A stretch of DNA of 25,974 nucleotides from Octopus sinensis. Its lineage: Eukaryota. The notes beneath the pieces are model-generated. The model was given only the letters and a program-made list of their open reading frames with translations, ran no database searches and was not told where the DNA came from. Below, piece after piece: positions 1 to 9,914 of this stretch (within the stretch, counting starts at the first letter, position 1; each line of letters begins with the position of its first letter). Position numbers and translations under genes: made by a program. The stretch is taken from positions 1 to 25,974 of the forward strand of contig NW_021835574.1 in assembly GCF_006345805.1 (NCBI RefSeq), read 5' to 3'.

Positions 1-362
1 CAGACATTGAGACTTTTTCAACTGTAACATTAAATAATTAAATTTAGAAAAATTAAACGAAAAGTTTTTTTTAAAGAATATTTGTATAGTAATACAAGTG
101 GCAGTCCCTGTTCAATTAAACAGGGACTTCTACCCTCCACTGACCATTCAAAATACTACTATCATGGCACTCCCAAATTATTATTATTCTTCCCCTTCTC
201 CTCCTCCTCCTCCTTCTTTTTCTTCTCCCCTACCAAGAATTCACAAGGACCTCGAACCCACAAGAGTAAACAAGAGAGACAGAGAGAGGCAGAAACAAGG
301 AAAATACCACTTGTATTTGAACACTATACAAATATGCTTTTAAAAAGACTTTTCTTTTAATT

Positions 363-452
363 TAAGTCTTGAGGTCGATTTGCTCGACTAAAGGCGGGGC
401 TCCAGCATGGCCGCAGTCAAATGACTGAAACAAGTAAAAGAGTAAAATAGTA
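363..452 (+). mobile_element. Family B SINE, 3' tail fragment (5'-truncated)
   Basis: aagtcttgaggtcgatttgctcgactaaaggcggggctccagcatggccgcagtcaaatgactgaaacaagtaaaagagtaaaa matches the 3' end of the full copy at 15653-16113 and the minus-strand copies at 7929 and 18783. Confidence 0.85.
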
Positions 453-602
453 AATAAAACACTTGTGATGTCAAAATTTGAATGCCGTCACGCTTAGCGA
501 TAACATCGAGCCAATCAATTGATGCCACGTCATTGAGGTGTCCAAATACATCATATTGATTCGCCCTCGTCAAAATGTCACCATATCGGTTGTTTAGTCG
601 TT

Positions 603-1250
603 ATCAAAAGGAAAAGGAATTAATTAGTAAAAGGAATAGTCCGTTAAAACTTGTGCGATCAAACAAAATATCGGCTAAAGGAATTTCCAGTAAAAGAAAT
701 TGTTTATCAAAGACCTTGTCGATAAAAAGAATTGTTGCCAATCGGAATTGTCGCTGAACGAAATTGTCGCTAAAAGACATTGATAAAAGATTGTTGATGA
801 AAGAATTTGTCAGTAAAAGGAATTGTCAGGAAAAGAAATTATCGATAAAGGTAATTGTATGAAACAGAAATTGTTGATAAAAGAAATTGTTACTAAAAGA
901 AACTGGCGCTAAAAGAGAATGTCGCTAAACGAAATTGTTGATAAAGGAATTTGTCGATAAAAGGAATTATCGATAAAAGTGATTGTAATTGCCGATAAAA
1001 AAAATAATTGATAAAATTAGTTGCTGGCAAAAGAGATATTCAACAACAATTTTGTCAGTAAAAGAGGTTTTTCTATAAAAGAATATCTTTTGGTAAACAA
1101 AAAAAAATTGTCGGTAAAAGAAAATTTCGAGAAGAATAAATTTATGTGTATAAAGAAAATTGTAGGTAAAAATAATATCGGTAACTGAAACTGTTGGTAA
1201 AGAAGTTGTCGATAAGATAATGGTTGGTTAGAGAAATTGTCTGTATAATA
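603..1250. repeat. Degenerate ~16-bp minisatellite (consensus ~AAAAGAAATTGTCGAT), resuming at ~1694-1830 after a SINE insertion
   Basis: Successive 16-nt units such as gaaattgtcgctaaaa, ggaattgtcaggaaaa, gaaattgttgataaaa, gaatttgtcgataaaa. Confidence 0.8.
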
Positions 1251-1264
1251 AATAACATGAAATA

Positions 1265-1686
1265 CCTATTTCTTTACTACCCATAAGGAGCTAAACAGAG
1301 AGACGACAAACAAAGACAGACAAACGGATTAAGTCGATTATATTGACCCCAGTGCGTAACTCGTACTTATTTTTAATCAACCCCGAAAGGATGAAAGACA
1401 AAGTCGACCTCGGCGGAATTTGAACTCAGAACGTAGCGGCAGACGAAATACCTATTTCTTTACTACCCACAAGGGGCTAAACATGGAGAGGACAAACAAG
1501 GACAGACAAACAGATTTAAGACGATTACATCGACCCCAGTGCGTAACTGGTACTTATTTAATCGACCCCGAAATTATGAAAAGCAAAGTCGACCTCGGCG
1601 GAATTTGAACTCAGAACGTAACGGCAGACGAAATACTGCTAAGCATTTCGCCCGATGTGCTAACGGTTCTGCCAGCTCGCCGCCCT
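1265..1686 (-). mobile_element. Family A SINE, dimeric body (tail A1)
   Basis: Reverse complement gives the head ggcggcgagctggcagaa (A-box-like), a B-box-like gagttcaaattcc and two ~185-bp units. Candidate 7-bp TSD TGAAATA at 1258-1264 and 1687-1693. Confidence 0.9.
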
Positions 1687-2207
1687 TGAAATAGAAAATC
1701 GGTGATGAAACCGCCGAGAATATAAGTTGTTGATAAAAAGAAAAAACATGTTAAGAAAAAGAATTTTGATAAAAGAAATTATCAGAAATAGAAAATATCA
1801 GCAAACTAAGATTGTCCGAAATTCTTCGATGCCAGTATCAACGAAAGCCGACGACGACGACGACGATTGCGCATAAATTTTAACAACGAAATCTTATATG
1901 GGCTCGCAAGGGCCATATACACCCCGCTTGAGAAAAAACTGATCTAAGGTATCATTGATGGGGGTGTTGAGACTGAATTTAACGGCCATGTAGCAATTCC
2001 TTGTTGTCTGGTAATAACATAATTTAATGCCCCTGGTTGAATATAGTATAATGTATCTCTATCGTTTCATTTTTGTGAATTCGTCTGTCGAAAACAACGC
2101 ATGAGATTTTCGCTGTTTCTTTCAGAACAACCTGTAGACCTGGTGTGTTTATAGTGATCAAATGTTTATACTATACATTAGCTCGTTTCCACCATTAACT
2201 TGAGTGT

Positions 2208-2506
2208 AGCCACTTGGCCTAGTGGTTAGAGTAGCGGACTCGCAGTCGAGGGATCGCGGGTTCGAGTCTCAGACCGGGCGATGTGAGTGTTTATGATCGA
2301 AACACCTAAGCTCCACGCGGCTCCGGCAGAAGGTAATGGCGAGCTTCTGCTGACTCTTTCGCCACAACTTTCTCTCACACTTTCCTCCTGCATCTTGCAG
2401 CTCACCTTCGACGGACCGGCGTCCCGTCCAGGTGGGGAACCTATACCCCAAGGAAACCGGGAGACCGGCCCTTATGAGCCAGACGTGGATCGAGAAGGAA
2501 CAAACA
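2208..2506 (+). mobile_element. Family C SINE, near full length; tRNA(Arg)-like head, V-domain-like core
   Basis: A-box tggcctagtgg and B-box gggttcgagtc; homologous to 15308-15496 and 18473-18510. gacggaccggcgtcccgtccagg (2410-2432) resembles the V-SINE core (from memory, not searched). Confidence 0.8.
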
Positions 2507-3590
2507 TACCATTATATTGACGTTGCATGTACAGGTGTACGATGCCATATGTTGCACGTTTAAGTGATCAAAAAGCGAAGTTGGGTGAAGTTTTGTTGAA
2601 AACCACGACGCACTGCGTTTCCCTAGATAATTCTCCATTGGCTGCAGCTGTCTGACTTCTACCATTCAGGAATTTAAATATCCTCGCAGCTTAGGTTTAT
2701 TTCTCAAAAAAAAAAAGAAAAGAATGTGAAGTCGAAAAAGACGTAACTCGAAACGACTTAAGTTGAGGTATGCCTGTATAAGCCTCAACTTAAAAACACT
2801 TCGATAAATCAAGTGTTTCAGGGGTTTTGTTTTTGTTTTTGTTTTTGTTTTCAGATCTCTTTTCTAGAAACTTCGTCTAAAACTTCAAATGTTTGAACTG
2901 ATGTGTAATCTTATGCCAATCATTATTCGAAAATAATCAATATTCGAAGGAAATAATATTATTCAATAATTATGGATGAATTTCTTAGAATATAACAGAA
3001 TGGCATTACATGAAACTGAGATGATTTCATATCGAAATTACAAGAAATTGGTTTAATCAAGCGCACGGAAAAATCAAAAAGGAAACAAAAAGCCATATTT
3101 AATAAACTTCTACAAATAATTACACGTGTTATTGACAGAAGGGTTAAATTAAATAACGCTCGTGTGTTTTATATAATTTACCTAGCCTCCATTCAAATAT
3201 GTACATACATACATATTTAACTTTGACTGACAGACCTTAAGCAAGTTTTACAACTTTCATTGAATACATAATTGGCAGTTCAGGAAGAATTTTTCCGATT
3301 TCCGTTTCGTTTTTTTTTGCCAGCGTAGCTTTTGTACATCGATCAAATCGGCTTAGAATTATTTCTAAGCAACTAAATCTGCTTCTATTAAGTCGTATAA
3401 TATTTATTTATATTATTCGGTACTATTGTTTCATTTTACGTCATTTTATCTCGTATTTTTTATGGTTTCACATTACGTTATTTTTCTTCCTTTCTTTCTT
3501 ATTCTTTTCAATTAAAGATTTTGTTTTGTTTTGTTTTTTTTGTTCGCTTGTTTGTTTGTTTGTTTTTTCAACTATTGCATACCTCACATA

Positions 3591-4202
3591 GACGTAAGTA
3601 TTGTCACGTGGCTAAGAAACAGGCTTTTAATCTACGTGGTTTCGTGTTCAGTCCCGCGGCGTGGCACCTTCGGCCGGTGTTGTCGCCTACTACTATAGCC
3701 ACAGCTCGACCAATGACGTGTGAGTGAATTTTGTAGACAGAAACTGTAAGGAAGCCTTCTTATATGTGTGCGAATGTGTGTGTATTTATGTATATATATG
3801 TGTATGTATGTGCGTATGTATGTATATATGTATGTATGTATGTATATATGTATGTATGTATGTATGTGTGTATGTATGTATGTATGTACATATGTATGTA
3901 TGTATGTATATATGTACATATGTATGTATATATGTATGTATGTATGTATGTATGTGTGTGTATGTATGTGTGTGTAAGTATGTATGTATGTACATATGTA
4001 TGTATGTATATATGTATGTATGTATGAATGTATGTATGTATGTGTGTGTATGTATGTGTGTGTGTATGTATGTGTGTGTAAGTATGTGTGTATGTATGTA
4101 TGTGTGTATGTATGTATGTATGTATGTATGCATGCATGTATGTATGGATGTATGTATGTATGTATGTATGCATGTATGTATGTATGTATGTATGTATGTA
4201 TG

Positions 4203-4233
<31 letters not shown>

Positions 4234-4416
4234 GTGTACTGGGGGATCTTTGTTTGTGTTGTGTTCCTCCTACACTCGCCACCGCTTGACAAATGATGTT
4301 GGTTTGTTTACGTCCATGGAATTTCGCGGTTCGGCACAAGAGCGACCGATAGAACAAGTTCCAAACATCAAAAGACAATAAGTCATGGGGTGCGGGTGCG
4401 GTTTCTTCGATTAAAC
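3591..4416 (+). mobile_element. Family B SINE, diverged, with expanded internal (TATG)n/(TG)n microsatellite (3761-4238)
   Basis: The 5' half (gttcagtcccgcggcgtggcaccttc...tactatagcc) and 3' half (ccgcttgacaaatgatgttgg...cggttcggcac) align with the copy at 15653-16113. Confidence 0.8.
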
Positions 4417-4469
4417 AAGGGAAGGCACAAGACTAACAAATGTAGAGTGAGTAAGTAAGTCAGTTACAA

Positions 4470-4615
4470 ATGACCCCAGAATTTAACTGGTACTTTGTTT
4501 TATCGAGGCTAAAGCGTCGAAAGGCAAAGTCCACCTCGGTGGCATTTGAATCCAGAACATAAAACTTTCTAACCGTTTTTCCCAGCGTGCTAACGTTTCT
4601 ACCTGCTTGCCGTCT
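4470..4615 (-). mobile_element. Family A SINE, diverged monomer
   Basis: ctggtactttg...gaaaggcaaagtccacctcggtggcatttgaatccagaac...cgtgctaacgtttct aligns with the family A reverse complement. Confidence 0.75.
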
Positions 4616-4631
4616 TAGTTTTAAATTTCGC

Positions 4632-4832
4632 GAGAAGGCCAGAAATTTTGCGGTAGGACCTGGCATTCGAAGACCGTACTTTACTGGTACTTTATTAGGT
4701 TATTAGATCACCCTCGAAAGGATGAAAACCAAAACTGATCTCAGCGATATTTGAATCCAGAATGAAAAGAGCGGAGAAAAAAGCCTCCAAGCATTTTGTT
4801 CGGCGTGCTAACTATCCTGCTAGCTCGCCGCC
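4632..4832 (-). mobile_element. Family A SINE, diverged monomer with tail A2
   Basis: Ends in gctagctcgccgcc (head). ggccagaaattttg is the reverse complement of the A2 tail caaaatttc.ggcc seen at 16584 and 24838. Confidence 0.7.
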
Positions 4833-5182
4833 TTTGTAATAACGATTTCAAATTTTAGCAAAATGCTCTGCATGATTTAAACTAAGAACAGGAACTATCC
4901 ATCAATCCATCTATCCATTTTCTTTACCCATCGTCCCTCCCTGAGAGAATCTTGATTGTAGACTCCTCAGAGAAATCCCCCGTGGTCACAAAGAAAGCTT
5001 TTCTTTACTGAATGTGTAACATGGAAGCTAACAAGTAAGAGTTATGAAGAAGGGAATATTTATTTATAAGGGTTTTCCCACTTGAATTATGTCAGGAGTT
5101 AATAAAGGCTGTAACCTGACTTTAATTAAAAAATATAATTAAAAAAAGTGCTGTAGGCGCAGTTGTGGCTGTGTGGTAAGAA

Positions 5183-5396
5183 GTTAATGGAATATCACTG
5201 AGACAAGTCGAGAAGTTTAAGTATCTTGGTATGGTATTCCTGACTGATGGAAAGCAGGAGGTTGAATTGGATGTTAGAATGTTGGAACAATAATGCGCCA
5301 GTTCCAGCGTTCGATCCTCAGTAGGGATGAGGCTGATACTAAAGAGAAAACAAACTTGCTGTCTTCAAATCAGTTTCTGTGCCTTTCCTCACCTAC
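5183..5396 (+). pseudogene. Decayed non-LTR retrotransposon reverse-transcriptase C-terminal fragment (RTE-clade-like)
   Basis: Translates across frameshifts as VNGISLRQVEKFKYLGMVFLTDGKQEVELDVR / IMRQFQRSILSRDEADTKEK / KLAVFKSVSVPFLTY. This matches the LINE RT end motif 'QVxxFKYLG...DGxxxxEIDxRI...K.KLxxxKSxxxPxLTY' that I recall from RTE-type ORFs. Confidence 0.75.
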
Positions 5397-5653
5397 CTTT
5401 TATCTTTTATCTTTTTTCCGTCATTGGACTACGGCCATGCTAGGGTACAGCCTTGAAGGGTTTAGACGAACAAATCGACATCAGAAGCTTTTTTTTTAAA
5501 GCTGGTATTTATTCTATCGAAACCTGCTGCCGAACTGCTAGATTACTGGGACGTAAATAAACTAATACTGGTTGTTAAGCAGTGGTGGAGGACAAATACA
5601 AGCTATACAAAGATACAAAGATACCCACACATCAAGCACACATACAAACATGT

Positions 5654-5688
<35 letters not shown>

Positions 5689-5804
5689 TACATACATATA
5701 TATATATATAATATATATAAATTAGAGAGAAAAACCACTATTATACTCCCTAATATTGTTTCGGTATGTGGTGATGCATTTCTTTTGCTGACCCCTCAAT
5801 ATTA

Positions 5805-5852
<48 letters not shown>

Positions 5853-6205
5853 AAACGTTAAAACTCGAAGCAGATAAAGCTATAATAGTCTGTAAATATT
5901 GGGTTAAAAAAGACTTTGGACAGAAAACGTCGAAGATCACCCGTGTGACACGAACCCACATCTACTGCAAATGCGACAGTTGCTCTACCACTGGACAAAG
6001 CAAACCTTCGAACTTCTGTATGCGTTTTAGAAATTTATTCTCACTAGCGGGCTTCCATACAGTTTCCGTTTTTCTAGATTCACTCACAAGGTACTGGTCG
6101 GCACGGGAATATAGTAGAAGACGATTACCCAAGACGCTGAGGAGGGGTACTAAACCCGAAACAACCTGGTTACAAGGTCAGCTTCTTACACACACATCTA
6201 TGGCT
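5397..6205 (-). mobile_element. Family B SINE split by insertions in its microsatellite (3' half 5397-~5715, 5' half ~6047-6205)
   Basis: 3' half: cttttatcttttat...cggccatgct...gccgaactgctag...gggacgtaaa. 5' half: gggcttccatacagtttcc...atagtagaagac...cccaag...cttcttacacac. Both halves are on the same strand and in the expected order. Confidence 0.7.
5806..6005 (-). mobile_element. Possible fourth tRNA-headed SINE-like element ending in (TA)n
   Basis: Minus strand reads tgtccagtggtagagc...gtgggttcgtgtc (A- and B-box-like with tRNA spacing), then an AT-rich body and (TA)n at 5806-5850. Single copy in the window. Confidence 0.4.
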
Positions 6206-6477
6206 GGTCATGAATGTCGGAAACACAAACTAACTTGACTAAACACTGCGTATTTATTTTGTCTCTGAGTTTACCGATTCTTTTTTACCTTAAGAGATAA
6301 ATGTGAAACAGAGAAACATATAAACAGTCTCGAGAGGAATACATTTTTACGTAGTAGCTTTATAATAAACATGTACAGCTTATCCCGTCGCCATCACAAC
6401 CACCATCACGAACAGGAGACTATGATAATACAGGAACAGAAAATAATCTTGTTTGTGAAGAAACTTTAGATCCAATA

Positions 6478-7014
6478 TCTATATATATAAAACTGTAGTT
6501 GTGTGAGTGTCTGTCCCCTTCGATTTAGATTCCTAACTCCTCCCACATTTTGCGGTGCAGTTTAACCAAATTCGAGTATCTTATAGTCGTGATTAATATC
6601 GAGCCCGTCTGGGTATTAGCGCGCGTCTACGATGAGTCTACGATTTTAAAAATAATTTAACATAATTTTTTATTCCATTTTAATGCATAATTTTTCGTGT
6701 GTCGATGGCGGCGGAGTTGGCGTCCACGCTCAAACACCTGCACCTGTGTTTGCTTCTCCCCCTTCTTCCCTCCCTCGTGAAGCTGTGGGGAAGGGAGTGT
6801 AAGGAAATCAACGTCGTAAAGCGTTGTCAAGGAGACCAGCGTTCTTTTAGAACAACGACTTCATGGCTTGAAGACACTGAGTCAACGATTTAAAAAAAAA
6901 ATTATCATCATTTTTTTATTCCATTTTTAATGCATTTTTTTGCTATAACTCTCTAAAAATGCTTATATAGTTATTTCCCTTACAAACCCGAGCAACGCCG
7001 GGCGATACTGCTAG
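6478..7014 (+). mobile_element. Non-autonomous Helitron (537 bp)
   Basis: 5' A|TCTATATATATAAAA (TC at 6478), GC hairpin cccgagc-aac-gccggg (6987-7002), 3' CTAG|T (7011-7014) 8 nt downstream, A-T insertion site and no TSD. These are canonical Helitron termini. Confidence 0.85.
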
Positions 7015-7261
7015 TATTAGATAAATTAAGATGGTACATTGTTAAAGACAATGCAAAGTCAAACATAGAAAACGAAGTCTCAGAAAGAAACGGTAATACA
7101 TTATTAAAATACACACGGCGATGTTTATGTGTTATTGATATAAAAACTACACGCATTATTTAGTAATACAAATAACTTGTATTATGTTGTATTAAGATAC
7201 AGATACGACCAACACTGTGTTTTATTGAATTAGCAAGCGTCATATATAATGTGTTATCGAA

Positions 7262-7739
7262 GGCGGCGAGCTGGTAGAATCGTTAGCACGCCGGGCGAAA
7301 TGCTTTGCGATATTTCGTCTGTCGTTACGTTCTGATTTCAAATTCCGCCGAGGTCGACTTTGCCTTTCATCCTTTCGGGGTCGATAAATTAAGTACCAGT
7401 TACGCACTGGAGTCGATGTAATCGACTTAATCCGTGTATCTGTCCTTGTTTGTCCTCTCTGTGTTAAGCCCCTTGTGGGTAGTAAAGAAATAGGTATTTC
7501 GTCTGCCGCTACGTTCTGGGTTCAAATTCCGGCGAGGTCAACTTTGCCTTTCATCCTTTCGGGGTCGATTAAATAAGTACCAGTTACGCACTTGGGTCGA
7601 TATAATCGCCTTAATCCGTTTGTCTGTCTTTGTTTGTCCCCTCTGTGTTTAGCCCCTTGTGGGCAATAAAGAAATAGGTATTTCGTCTGTCCTTGTTTGT
7701 CCTTTCTATATTTAGCCCCTTGTGGGAAATAAAGAAATT
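7262..7739 (+). mobile_element. Family A SINE concatemer (head + two 184-bp units + internally deleted third unit), tail A1
   Basis: tatttc unit starts at 7311, 7495 and 7679 (period 184). Flanked by a 19-bp TSD, tatataatgtgttat(c/t)gaa, at 7243-7261 and 7740-7758. Confidence 0.95.
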
Positions 7740-7767
7740 TATATAATGTGTTATTGAAATATGCAAA

Positions 7768-7925
7768 GGCGGCGGTGAACTGGTAAAATTGTTTGCACGC
7801 AAGGCGAAATTTTTTTGTGGCTTTTTCAATTTCGTCTTTGCGTTCTGCGTTCAAATTGTGCCGAGGCAGACTTTGCCCTTCATCCTTTCGGAGTCGATGA
7901 AATAAGTACCAGTTGAACTCTGGGA
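7768..7925 (+). mobile_element. Family A SINE, diverged 3'-truncated monomer
   Basis: ggcggcggtgaactgg...gttcaaattgtgccgaggcagactttgcccttcatcctttcggagtcgatgaaataagtaccag. Confidence 0.8.
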
Positions 7926-7928
7926 TAC

Positions 7929-8156
7929 TTTTTTACTCTTTTACATGCTTCAGTCATCTGACTGCGGCCATGCTGGAGCACCGCCTTTAGTCGAGCAAAT
8001 TGGTCCCTAAGACTTATTCTTTGTAATCCTAGTACTTATTTTATCGGTCTCTTTTGCCGAACCGTTTGACTACGGGGATGTAAGCACACCAACTCCGGTT
8101 TTCAAGTGATGATAGGGTCAAACACAGTCATCAAGACACAAAGGCAGACACACAGG

Positions 8157-8194
<38 letters not shown>

Positions 8195-8524
8195 GTATGT
8201 ATAATGAAAGCAAAAAATGGAACAAGGATGTAACAGGCGGCAAGAAAACATTCGGGCAGTAGATAATTCAAAGAAGGACAGGAAAAAACAAGGACGGGAC
8301 ATTTGGAGCTTTCAATCTTCAGTCGAGAAGCAGCTCGTCCCTGCAGTTTCGGCCGATTAATCTCGACGACGGGCTTCTTTCAGTTTCCGTCTAGCAAATC
8401 CACTCATAAGGCTTTGGTTGGCCCGAGGCTATAGTAGAAGACACTTACCCAAGGTGCCACGCAGTGGAACTGAACCCGGAAGCAAGCGATTTAGGGAGCA
8501 AACTTCTAACTACACAGCTACGCC
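7929..8524 (-). mobile_element. Family B SINE with a ~165-bp unrelated insertion (8200-8364) in its (TA)n tract
   Basis: 3' half 7929-~8190 and 5' half 8365-8524 both match the full copy. Confidence 0.85.
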
Positions 8525-8529
8525 TTATA

Positions 8530-8757
8530 TTTTTTTGTTCTTTTAATGTCTTCAGCTGAAGGACTACGGCCATGCTGGAATGTGTGTGTGTGCGCGCGTG
8601 CGTGCGCTTACAATAGACTTCCACATTTGCCCCTCTACAAAATTCGCTCACAATGTCCATTGTAAAAGACATTTGCTCAAAGTGCTGCCGCACAACGGAG
8701 TAGGACTGAACCAGAAAGCATGTGGTTGCAAAGCGAGATCGTTAACCACACAACCAT
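8530..8757 (-). mobile_element. Family B SINE, old and internally deleted
   Basis: cggccatgctgg (tail) is joined directly to (TG)n, followed by a diverged head (ggactgaaccagaaagcatgtggttgcaaagcgag...aaccacacaacc). Confidence 0.6.
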
Positions 8758-9070
8758 AAAATATTTTTCCATGATAAAGGCAATATCGTTTGCAATCTGT
8801 AAGTAGAGGAGAGAATTGCTTGCCAAACCAGAAAGATTCGTTATTGCGAAAAGCATCCGAGCTATTTTTAACATACCAAATCATTTAGTGTCAATAGTGC
8901 GCATAATGAAACCAGCTTACAGACAACAGCACAAAGAAAGAATAAATATCGGTTAAGTAATATAGACAATAGATTAAAATCTCTAGACTAAAACGCAGAA
9001 ATAGTAGATGAAAATCTGAAAACAGACATCTTGGAAAAACAAGAAATACAAAAGTAACCCACATGCTACA

Positions 9071-9671
9071 AAGTTCAATGAAATGAGTAAACTTCAGTCA
9101 AAAATTGTTGGTAAGAAATAAGTGATTTCAAAGTACAATGAGATGAGTGAACGTCCGTCAAAAATAAATGAAGTACCCGTAAATTGCTGGTAAAAAAATA
9201 AGGTATTTCAAAGTACAATGAGATGAGTAAACTCCCGTCAAATATAAATGAAGTACCCGTAAATTGCTGGTAAGAAATAAGTGATTTCAAAGTACAATGA
9301 AATGAGTGAACGTCCGTTAAATATAAATGAAGTACCCGTAAATTGCTGGTAAAAAAATAAGTGATTTCAAAGTATAATGAAATGAGTAAACTTCCGTCAA
9401 ATATAAATGAAGTACCCGTAAATTGCTGGTAAAAAAATAAGTGATTTCAAATTACAATGAAATGAGTAAACTTCCGTCAAATATAAATGAAGTACACGTA
9501 AATTGCTGGTAAAAAATATGTGATTTCAAAGTACAATGAAATGAGTGACGTCCGTCAAAAATAAATGAACTACACGTAAATTGCTGGTAAAAAAAAGTAC
9601 AATGAAATGAGGAAACTTCCGTCAAATATAATTGAAGTACCCATAAATTGCTGGAAAAAAATAAGGGATTT
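9071..9671. repeat. ~80-bp minisatellite, ~8 units
   Basis: Unit aaagtacaatgaaatgagtaaacttccgtcaaatataaatgaagtacccgtaaattgctggtaaaaaaataagtgatttc; starts at 9071 (partial), 9130, 9210, 9289, 9369, 9449, 9528 and ~9594. Confidence 0.95.
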
Positions 9672-9810
9672 ACGGGTGGAGGCAGAAGCAATATTTAATT
9701 GGTCTTTTGATGGAATGTCATCTTAAGCTCAAAGATTCAAGCAAGTTCGAACACGAAATATTACAGATTATAATAAATATATGTTTACACTATACAGAGT
9801 CTTAACTTCC

Positions 9811-9914
9811 GGCAGAATCGTTAGCACGCCGGACAAATTGTTTCGCAGCATTTCGTCCGTCTTCACGTTCTCACGTTCAAATGCAGCCGGAGATGACTTT
9901 GCCTTTCGTCCTCG
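9811..9914 (+). mobile_element. Family A SINE fragment
   Basis: ggcagaatcgttagcacgccgg...gttcaaatgcagccggagatgactttgcctttc. Confidence 0.8.

Noticed and set aside
2208-2280. Possible functional tRNA gene (also 15308-15375 and the family A/B heads)
   Set aside because: No complete acceptor stem or oligo-T terminator; each continues into a SINE body.
2441-2690. Unique segment with short ORFs, a CCAAT-like motif and CAGCTG
   Set aside because: No recognisable peptide; isolated short motifs cannot support a promoter call.
3632-4381. Long ORFs of YIHT/MYVC repeats (also at 10428-11027, 12508-12885, 17261-17828, 20576-21238, 21924-22345, 22507-23063, 23442-23846)
   Set aside because: They are stop-free translations of microsatellites and are open on both strands and in several frames.
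4941-4970. ~10-bp hairpin with CTGAGGA on the minus strand
   Set aside because: No GAAA after the stem; a single modest hairpin is expected by chance.
7311-7494. Family A 184-bp tandem unit as a hammerhead retrozyme
   Set aside because: I found no CUGANGA/GAAA core on either strand of the unit.
8305-8360. Minus-strand GAAA...CTGAAGA resembling a type II hammerhead
   Set aside because: No UH cleavage triplet and no stem II pairing.
8760-9060. Coiled-coil-like peptide (RLSNIDNRLKSLD) suggestive of LINE ORF1
   Set aside because: Interrupted by stops and has no diagnostic motif.
9071-9671. CRISPR-like regular array
   Set aside because: Whole units are repeated with no unique spacers, there are no cas genes, and the context is eukaryotic.
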